Source of the DNA: Octopus sinensis
Lineage: Eukaryota
NCBI RefSeq assembly: GCF_006345805.1
Contig: NW_021826350.1
Span: 1 to 13,082, forward strand
Length of the DNA stretch: 13,082 nucleotides
Direction of reading: 5' to 3'
Below the pieces are notes generated by a model, which was not told the origin of the DNA, did not search any database, and saw nothing but the letters and a program-made list of their open reading frames with translations. Made by a program: the position numbers and the translations under genes. Shown piece after piece: positions 1 through 6,879 of the stretch. The stretch's first letter is position 1. Each line of letters opens with the position of its first letter.

Positions 1-335
1 GCCTTTAGTCAAGCAAATCGACACCCCAGGACTTAGTCTTTGTAAGCCTAGTACTTATTCTATCGGTCTCTTTTGCCGAATTGCTAAGTTATGGGGACGT
101 AAACACACCAGCATCGGTTGTCAAGCGATGTTGGGGGGACAAACACACACACACACACACACATACATACATATATATATATATATATACATGCATACAT
201 ATGATGGGCTTCTTTCGGTTTCTGTCTACCAAATCCACTCACAAGGTTTTGGTCAGCCTGAGGCTATAGTAGAAGACACTTGCCCAAGGTGCCACGCAGT
301 GAGACTGAACCCACACAGCCACTCCTATGCCTATG
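1..335 (-). mobile_element. tRNA-derived SINE, family A (3' tail cut by window edge; internal deletion in the tRNA head)
   Basis: Colinear and highly similar to 6027-6447 and 12463-12839; internal (CA)n/(TA)n tract ~141-200; minus strand reads TGGCTGTGTGG (A box) fused directly to GTTCAGTC (B box); CCTTGGGCAAGT motif resembles the CORE domain of MIR-type SINEs. Confidence 0.9.
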
Positions 336-434
336 GTAATGTTTTTTTGTTTGTATACTTTATTGTTTATTTTATTTTATTTGTACGGAGGATAAGTTAG
401 ATATTTATATGTAGAATTTCCTCTCTTCTTTTAG

Positions 435-525
435 ATCCTGATGACTACTCAAATGTCCCTTTAGGGAGTATCAGTAAAACTAGTCCAGCATTGTTACCTC
501 TGCAGAGGATTAAAGAAGCTTCAGA
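435..525 (+). CDS. Candidate internal coding exon (91 nt, phase 1 to phase 2): xPDDYSNVPLGSISKTSPALLPLQRIKEAS; product unknown
   Basis: Pyrimidine tract ctctcttctttttAG ending at 434; donor GTAAGT at 526; only one of three frames is open; non-repetitive. No protein family recognised. Confidence 0.5.
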
Positions 526-639
526 GTAAGTATTTCACAACATTGATTTTTTCTCTTTTCTTTTCCTCTCCCTCTTTTTCTTTATACTCAGCTGCTTTTT
601 TTTTTTTTTTGGCTTTTTTTAAAAACTTCTATTTTCAGT

Positions 640-938
640 TTTGGGATTTGGTTTTCAAGATTCTTTATATGAGTTCGTGTGTTGAAGCATATTCTGTTGT
701 GTCTGGGGAGAGTCGTTTTCTTTTTGTGCCTTATTATGTAACACACTCACCGGTAAAATTTCCATGTTTTTTTTCTTATTTTTATTTTCCTAAAAACTAT
801 TGAAAACTATTGAAAAGGTTGCAAGACGCAACGAAAATTTTAGGAAAATAAAAATAAGAAAAACTTGGAAATTTTACCGGTGAGTGTGTTACATAATAAG
901 GCACAAAAAGAAAATGACTCTCCCAAGACACAATAGAA
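640..938. mobile_element. Fold-back retroposed insertion with 13-bp TSD; Penelope-like/retrozyme-like unit (inferred)
   Basis: TSD ttctattttcagt at 627-639 and 939-951; inverted arms 691-795 and 838-939 differ by 4 substitutions and one 3-nt T-run indel; unpaired extension 640-690; 42-nt spacer with GTTGC-aagac-GCAAC-GAAA. Confidence 0.8.
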
Positions 939-1187
939 TTCTATTTTCAGTATTGGTCTGTAATTCTAATACACCTTTACTTACTGATTATCAGAAGAAC
1001 AAAAAACTAAAACTAACTCCACTCCAACCTACAAATCTTCTCTTATGCTCACCATCTTGTATCTTGAGAGTTTGCTCTGTCTTTCTATAACTGCCTTCTT
1101 TATCTTCTTTGGCTTCCCAGTTATTTCTATTCGCCCTTATATAATGTGGGATAACCATGTATCTTTTCCTATTTTTAATCATCGCCT

Positions 1188-1248
1188 TCATCATCATTAT
1201 TATCAGTCTTATCATCATCCCCATTCTCATCATCATCATCATCATCAT
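1188..1248. repeat. (ATC)n microsatellite, imperfect
   Basis: Direct reading; explains the poly-H/I/M ORFs in the track. Confidence 0.95.
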
Positions 1249-1452
1249 GAAGGTGGTGATTCGGCAGAATCACTACTGCACCAAACGAAATTCTTCACAT
1301 CATTCCTTACAGTTTGTGTTGAAATTGCTGCCAAGGTCAACTTCACCCTTTTTTATCTTTTCAGGGTCAATAAAATAAAGCACCTGTCATTTATTGGGTT
1401 CAGTTTAATTGACTCGTGCCTCCCATGAAAAATCCTGGTCTTGTAAAGAATT
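1249..1452 (+). mobile_element. Degenerate SINE related to family B
   Basis: Head gaaggtggtgattcggcagaatc aligns with gaaggtggcgagctggcagaaac at 11854; centre ccaaggtcaacttcaccc...tcagggtcaataaaataaagcacc aligns with aaggtcgactttgcc...cggggtcgattaaataagtacc. Confidence 0.65.
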
Positions 1453-1570
1453 ATAATCATAATCATAATAATAATATCATCATCATCATAATCATCATCA
1501 TCATAGTCATAATAATAATAATAATAGTAATAATAATAATAATAATAATAATCATAATCATTGCCATCAT
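1453..1570. repeat. Compound (AAT)n/(ATC)n microsatellite
   Basis: Direct reading. Confidence 0.95.
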
Positions 1571-1778
1571 CTGATATAGAAATAGGAAAAATTTGGGCCC
1601 GGGGAGGGAGGGTCTCTTCTTTGGTTCATCCTTAACCTTTGATATTTCATTTTGCAAGGGACAAAAACTTACCTACCTTGAACAGAGAAAAAAAAAGGAA
1701 CTGTTTTATATATATGTCCTTTTTGATTTTTTTCATGATGCTCTCTCAGTATATTATGTCTGTTTATATATTACATGT

Positions 1779-2053
1779 GTGGAGGCGCATTGGCCTAGTG
1801 GTTTCAATTCCCAGACTTGGCATTGTGAGTGTTTATTGAGTGAAAACACCTAAAGCTCCAAGAGGCTCTGGCAGGGGGTGGTGGCGATCCCTGCTGTACT
1901 CTTTCACCACAACTTTCTCTCACTCTTTCTTCTGTTGGCCTGCACGCTCAGCCAGCAGTGTGGCGTCATTTGAAGGCTAAAACAGAGCGAAGCGCATTGT
2001 GACCAGCGATGTGTAGCAACATCTGATAGCCTGGTCAGTCATGTGATCACATG
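1779..2053 (+). mobile_element. tRNA-derived SINE, family D, with perfect 13-bp TSD and collapsed head
   Basis: TSD atatattacatgt at 1766-1778 and 2054-2066; A box TGGCCTAGTGG (1791-1801) overlaps B-box-like GGTTTCAATTCCC (1800-1812); GC-rich body in AT-rich flanks. Confidence 0.85.
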
Positions 2054-2465
2054 ATATATTACATGTATAATTCAAGTGCCCTAGGTGCACTGTATATAGC
2101 ATAGCTGTACTATGGGTTTACTACATGTTCTCACGATGCTTACTATGCATTTTATAGTGTTCTATGTATACTGTAGATAGATTGGCGAACAAAACCGTTT
2201 TCTACAGTTGAGAGTAAAGTAATTTTAAGAGGCTATATCTGATTTATACAGTAAAAGGATTAAAGAGGGAAAGATCTATCAGTTCCATTTCACATCTAAG
2301 AAGCTTCATGATATATTAATGATAGAGTTACCAACTCCCTGTACATCACCACATGCTTGAAATGCACCTGTACTCTACCATCACATCCAACCAATCTTTC
2401 TTTATTGCAGTGTCTTCTCCAATCATCTGATTGGCTAACTCTTTCACTGCAACATCAAGCTTTAA

Positions 2466-2693
2466 CCCTTTCGTTACCAACCCGGCTGAAGCCGGCTCTG
2501 GCTCTGTAGTACAAATGTTTTGTTTTCTATAAGTTTTGTATTAAAGTCTTCCACCAAACCTTAGTCACATTTTACGTTCCTAAAACTAGCTGAATGATAA
2601 CCATAACCAAGTTATTTTACTAAATTCTTTGTTATATTTAAAGTAATTGAAAGAAACACAGAGCATCTCAAAATAAATACAGTAACGAAAGGG
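2466..2693. mobile_element. piggyBac-type MITE (228 bp)
   Basis: Perfect 12-bp terminal inverted repeats (TIRs) CCCTTTCGTTAC (2466-2477) / GTAACGAAAGGG (2682-2693), flanked by TTAA at 2462-2465 and 2694-2697; TTAA TSD with CCC...GGG ends is the piggyBac signature; no ORF. Confidence 0.9.
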
Positions 2694-3015
2694 TTAAATG
2701 ATGTTAAATATCTACCAAAAAATAGAATTGATATTTCCCGCAAGTCTGATTCCTATAATAAACTTGATAGACCCCATCTAAAAAAAAAAAGGAAAAAAAA
2801 TAGTTTCAAATTTGACATTTTGTATCAAAAGATAGGTTAGTGTATAAGACTGTTTTCTGCAATTAAGGGCAATGAAATTTTGAATGAATATATTTGATTT
2901 TCTACATTAAAAGGGTTAATGACTTAGAAAGTCAGTTGATTGAATAACTAAATGTTCTTCAGTAGAACTGACGGTGGATCTATTTTGCATTTTACAGGTA
3001 TACCATGCATATGCA

Positions 3016-3017
<2 letters not shown>

Positions 3018-3046
<29 letters not shown>

Positions 3047-3067
3047 GACAAACAGACAGACAGACAG
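3018..3067. repeat. Compound (TA)n-(TAGA)n-(CAGA)n microsatellite
   Basis: Direct reading. Confidence 0.95.
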
Positions 3068-3155
3068 TGTGTCAATAGCCAGCTGGAGCTACAAGCTACA
3101 ATACCATCAACACTTAAGGGTTAGCTACATTTAGGTGGTAAACATACTTCACAAT

Positions 3156-3430
3156 AACAATTGCAGTGTGGAAGGTGTTTGTAAGCCATTTAAGAAACAC
3201 ACAAAAGCCGTTCGATTCACTTCAACATTTAAGTTTAATTTGCCAAAATATTTTCGTCGCTATAAGACCGCGACGAAAATATTTTGGCAAATTAAACTAA
3301 ATGTTGAAGTGAATCGAACGGCTTTTGTGTGTTTCTTAAATGGCTTACAAACATCTTCCACGCTGCAATTGTTTTCGTTCCAGCACACGATCTCAGATCA
3401 AATCACTTGCTATGCGAGTACATCTCCGTA
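3156..3430. mobile_element. Fold-back retroposed insertion with 12-bp TSD; Penelope-like/retrozyme-like unit (inferred)
   Basis: TSD atacttcacaat at 3144-3155 and 3431-3442; inverted arms 3156-3260 and 3270-3373 differ by 2 transitions and a 1-nt indel; 9-nt loop; unpaired extension 3374-3430. Confidence 0.85.
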
Positions 3431-3494
3431 ATACTTCACAATGTCTTGCGGCTACTGTTTATACCTCACTCAGAGATTTATATTATATGTATGT

Positions 3495-3526
<32 letters not shown>

Positions 3527-3551
3527 ATATACATACATACATACATACATA
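3495..3551. repeat. (TA)n-(TACA)n microsatellite
   Basis: Direct reading. Confidence 0.95.
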
Positions 3552-3810
3552 AATGTGTATATATTGCAGCAAGGGTAGAGGTTGTTTTCTTTGTTTATTA
3601 TAGGTATATTATAAATACTTATTATATACCGAAGGTACAATAGATATATATGTACTTTCAGATGTATGCTGCCCACCCCTCCTCCTCTCGCACACATCAA
3701 TGTATTTACAAAAACTGTTGTCACATGACCCATGGGTTTTGTCATCTTTTCTCTGTTTTTTCCCTTTTCCTCTTCCCATTCTCACTCTTTCTCCCCCCCC
3801 CACCACCTCA

Positions 3811-3813
<3 letters not shown>

Positions 3814-3851
<38 letters not shown>

Positions 3852-3935
3852 AGCACACACACTCACAATGTACTCCAGTCACATGTCAAAGCAGAACAAA
3901 CAAACAAACAAACAAAAACACAAAACAAAAAAAAA
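3814..3935. repeat. (CT)n, (CA)n and (CAAA)n simple repeats
   Basis: (CT)n 3814-3842, (CA)n to ~3866, (CAAA)n/poly-A 3895-3935. Confidence 0.9.
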
Positions 3936-4080
3936 GAGCCTCTGGATGACTGATGCAGGATGTGATATTTCTGAATGTAAGTGATGAGTATGTCATATGT
4001 GGTGGGGTGGGTGGGTGGATGGGTGTGTGAGAGAGAGAAAGAAAGAAAAGAGGAACTATGTTTTTCCTTCTACTCCCTGT

Positions 4081-4324
4081 TTCTTATTTCTTTACTACCC
4101 ACAAGGGGCTAATTAACGTAGAGGGGGACAAACAAGGACAGACAAAGGGATTAAGTCGATTACATCGACCCCAGTGCGTAACTGGTACTTAATTTATCGA
4201 CCCCCTGAAAGGATGAAAGGCAAAGTCGACCTCGGCGGAATTTGAACTCAGAATGTAACAGCAGACGAAATACGGCTACGCATTTTGCCCGGCGTGCTAA
4301 CGGTTCTGCCAGCTCGCCGCCTTC
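4081..4324 (-). mobile_element. tRNA-derived SINE, family B, full length
   Basis: Reverse complement aligns end to end with 11854-12089; A box TGGCAGAACCG (plus coordinates 4301-4311), B box GAGTTCAAATTCC (4237-4249); possible TSD tctactccctgtttct (4069-4084) / tctactctctgtttct (4331-4346), 15/16. Central AGGTCGACTTTGCCTTTCATCCTTTC resembles a conserved domain of widespread metazoan SINE superfamilies (exact superfamily not verified). Confidence 0.92.
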
Positions 4325-4648
4325 ATCTACTCTACTCTCTGTTTCTGTCTTTTTCACCCAAATATTCACACACAATGTGACTGAGAGTGGTTTCTGTTTA
4401 TCTGTCTCTTCTCCATATATACCTCCGTTCCGTTCTCCCCCATCCCCACTCTTCTCTCTCTTACTGGACCACTCTCAATGAGATTCTAATAAAGTCCCTT
4501 ACATATTTGGTTTGGTGGATAAAAGGCATTCTCATTATGACCCTCTCTACATTGTCTAATGTGTCTTTTCTTTATTTAAGACAGTGTTATTTTAAAAAAA
4601 AGAAAAATAGGCTGTTATTTCTAGCAGATTGAGTGATCACTTAGAAGA

Positions 4649-4724
4649 TAATCGACTTAATCCGTTTGTCTGTCCTTGTTTGTCCCCACTATGTTTAGCC
4701 CCTTGTGGGTAGTAAAGAAATAAG
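4649..4724 (+). mobile_element. Family B SINE 3' fragment
   Basis: taatcgacttaatcc...ccccttgtgggtagtaaagaaataag is the reverse complement of 4081-4162. Confidence 0.9.
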
Positions 4725-5160
4725 AAACTGAAAGAAGCCCATCATATATATATTTCTTTTTTGCCCACAAGGGGCTAAACATAGAGGGGACTAACAAGGA
4801 CAGAAAAGGGATTAAGTCAATTACATCGACCCCAGTGCAAAACTGGTACTTTATTTATCGACCCCAAAAGGATGAAAGGCAAAGTCAACCTTGGCCGAAT
4901 TTGAACTCAGAACGTAACGACAGACGAAATACTGCTAAGCATGTGTGTGTGTGTGTGTGTGTGTCTGTCCTCCCATCACCACTTGACAACCGGTGTTGGT
5001 GTGTTTACATCCCCATAACTTAGCAGTTCAGCAAAGTGACAAATAGAATAATTACCAGGCTTGAAGAAAAAAATAAGGACTGGGATTGATTCATTCAACT
5101 AAAAATTCAAGGTGGTGCACCAGCATGGCCACAGCCTAATGACTGAAACAGATAAAAGAT
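4725..5160 (+). mobile_element. Family A SINE (headless), interrupted at its internal microsatellite by a family B copy
   Basis: aaactgaaagaagccc+(TA)n (4725-4750) and (TG)n+3' half (4942-5160) are contiguous in the other A copies. Confidence 0.85.
4751..4941 (-). mobile_element. Family B SINE, 5'-truncated, nested in family A
   Basis: Aligns with ~4085-4282; lacks the A-box head; retains B box (gaatttgaactc on plus). Confidence 0.9.
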
Positions 5161-5497
5161 ATAGCAGATTACTTGCCGCTCTGTGTTGCTTAACATTATG
5201 AATATCAGAACCCTTGTAAGACCAAATTTGGTTTTTCGTTCTTCCAGAGTCAATAAAATAAGTTACCATGCCAACGAATAAAAAAATTTACTTTATTTAC
5301 TGTAATTGTATATAATGTTAACTCCCACGTATTGAACCTAAATATTGGTCGTGTATTTGACCGTTAGAGGAATTCATTTGTGTTTGGTAGGAGTAGAGAA
5401 GGATTCAATTTGGCACTCTGTGTCTGAAAAGGAGTAAAAAATTTATTCAAATTTCAAAAGCAATAGAAAAGAGTTGCTGAGAAAGAATAGAGCTACA

Positions 5498-5545
<48 letters not shown>

Positions 5546-5550
5546 AATAA
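5498..5550. repeat. (AAT)n-(AAAT)n microsatellite
   Basis: Direct reading. Confidence 0.95.
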
Positions 5551-5686
5551 AACGCTATGATAAAAATATTTTTCTTGTTAATTGAAACAACACTGGAAAG
5601 GATTGAAATAAATAGGAAAAGGACGAATTCATTTGTCTATCTAATAGTTTATCCTTTTTTTTTTTTAATTTTTTTTTTTTTCTTAC

Positions 5687-5778
5687 ACTCCACAATTGCT
5701 GCTGCACAGTTTTTCCACACTGCTACCATGCCAAATATGATGCTGGAGCTCAACACGGCCCTGCGGCTCACCAATTTC
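5687..5778 (-). CDS. Candidate internal coding exon (92 nt): KLVSRRAVLSSSIIFGMVAVWKNCAAAIVE or EIGEPQGRVELQHHIWHGSSVEKLCSSNCG; product unknown
   Basis: GC-richer unique island bounded on minus by branch-like TTAAC + gtttcgcttttgacAG and donor GTAAGA; two frames open. A plus-strand terminal-exon reading (5710-5799) is also possible. Confidence 0.45.
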
Positions 5779-5856
5779 CTGTCAAAAGCGAAACGTTAAC
5801 TGATGAGAATGAGAATGATGCTGTAGGACGATTGTCGTTTTAGAAGTGCTGTAGTT

Positions 5857-6022
5857 CAGAAGTTCTCAACTACATGAATCCTTAGGGGTTCATATAAGGA
5901 TGCTTTTTAGAAACATAATAGGGCTTTTTTTTTTTGAAGTATCAAATGGCGTAGGTAGTCCGATTAGATAAATTAAGAAACAAAGAGGACCCATAGGCAA
6001 AAAAAATTGTTGAAAACCACTG
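5857..6022. mobile_element. hAT (Charlie-type) MITE, short variant (166 bp)
   Basis: Ends CAGAAGTTCTCAAC / GTTGAAAACCACTG (11/14 inverted match); right portion similar to right portion of 10761-11095; 8-bp TSD not clearly preserved. Confidence 0.7.
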
Positions 6023-6026
6023 ATAT

Positions 6027-6447
6027 ACTCTCTTTCTCTCTTTTACTCTCTTTTACTTGTTTCAGTCATTTGACTGCGGCCATGCTGGAGCACCGCCTTT
6101 AGTCGAGCAACTCAACCCCGGGACTTATTCTTTTGTAAGCCCAGTACTTATTCTATCGGTCTCTTTTGCCAAAACCGCTAAGTAACGGGGACATAAACAC
6201 ACAAGCATCGGTTGTCAAGCAATGCTAGAGGGACAAACACAGACACACAAACACACACACGCATATGTATATATACATATATACGATTGGCTTCTTTCAG
6301 TTTCCATCTACCAAATCCACTCACAAGGCTTTGGTCGGCCCGAGGCTATAGTAGAAGACACTTGCCCAAGGTGCCACGCAGTGGGACTGAACCCGAAACC
6401 ATGTGATTGGTAAACAAGCTACTTACCACACAGCCACTCCTGCGCCT
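6027..6447 (-). mobile_element. tRNA-derived SINE, family A, full length
   Basis: A box TGGCTGTGTGG (plus 6426-6436), B box GGTTCAGTCCC (6383-6393), CORE-like CCTTGGGCAAGT (~6360-6371), internal CA/TA tract ~6234-6283, purine-rich (AGAG/TAAAAG) tail. Confidence 0.92.
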
Positions 6448-6461
6448 ATGTATGTATATAT

Positions 6462-6495
<34 letters not shown>

Positions 6496-6577
6496 TGTAT
6501 ATATGTGCAAATGTATGTATAGTGTAGTGTAGCGAATTGAAAAATTTAGATTATTCATGTATATATATATATATATA
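6448..6577. repeat. (TA)n-rich simple repeats
   Basis: Direct reading; two TA tracts with a short interruption. Confidence 0.85.
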
Positions 6578-6664
6578 CTAAATACCCAAAGTTATATTTA
6601 ATTTGCAATATATTATCATTTAGCCAAAAATTTGGAACGTAGATCTGAAAATTTTTTCTTGTAG

Positions 6665-6691
6665 ATATTGAACCATTGGATTGGTTATTTA
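6665..6691 (+). CDS. Candidate 27-nt microexon (xIEPLDWLF or ILNHWIGYL)
   Basis: Acceptor aattttttcttgtAG ending at 6664, donor GTAAGT at 6692, length divisible by 3, two open frames. Confidence 0.35.
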
Positions 6692-6879
6692 GTAAGTATG
6701 TCTCTACATTGTCTACAATTGAATGGAATTGTACTTGGGTATAACAATTTTAATTTTTAAAAAGTTGTTTCAAACTTTCGGCCATGACTGTACGCATCAA
6801 CACAGCAATTTATCTTCCAAAAGAAATGCTTTTGCGAAAGTTATGACGAAGCTAGCAAAATACAAGCACCTTGATTCAT

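Noticed and set aside
81-400. Track ORFs over family A and B SINEs (81..269, 128..400, 4160..4375, 6212..6413, 11851..12063, 12598..12852)
   Set aside because: They recur because the SINE recurs; they include microsatellite-encoded HT/YI runs and most start with non-ATG codons.
991-1248. Minus-strand ORF and possible exon (ANRNNWEAKEDKEGSY...)
   Set aside because: N-terminus is (ATG)n microsatellite; the acceptor is weak and the peptide unrecognised.
2252-2360. Plus-strand phase-2 exon KRIKEGKIYQFHFTSKK... as partner of 435-525
   Set aside because: Phase fits, but the pyrimidine tract is poor and there is no consensus donor before the stop.
2909-2919. Lone AAAAGGGTTAA piggyBac-like right end
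   Set aside because: No matching unpaired left end found; too short to support an element.
3135-3431. 98-aa ORF across the second fold-back
   Set aside because: GTG start, entirely within the palindromic insertion, no recognisable domain.
5195-5270. Very degenerate family-B-like central domain
   Set aside because: Resemblance (ttcttccagagtcaataaaataagttacc) is suggestive but too short and diverged to set boundaries.
5788-5807. GAAAC...CTGATGA hammerhead words
   Set aside because: Only 5 nt separate them, leaving no room for stems III and I, and I see no closing stem II.
6383-6447. tRNA genes at the SINE heads (also 1781-1812, 4237-4324, 11854-11945)
   Set aside because: A/B boxes are present but I see no complete cloverleaf, and each runs into a repeated SINE body.
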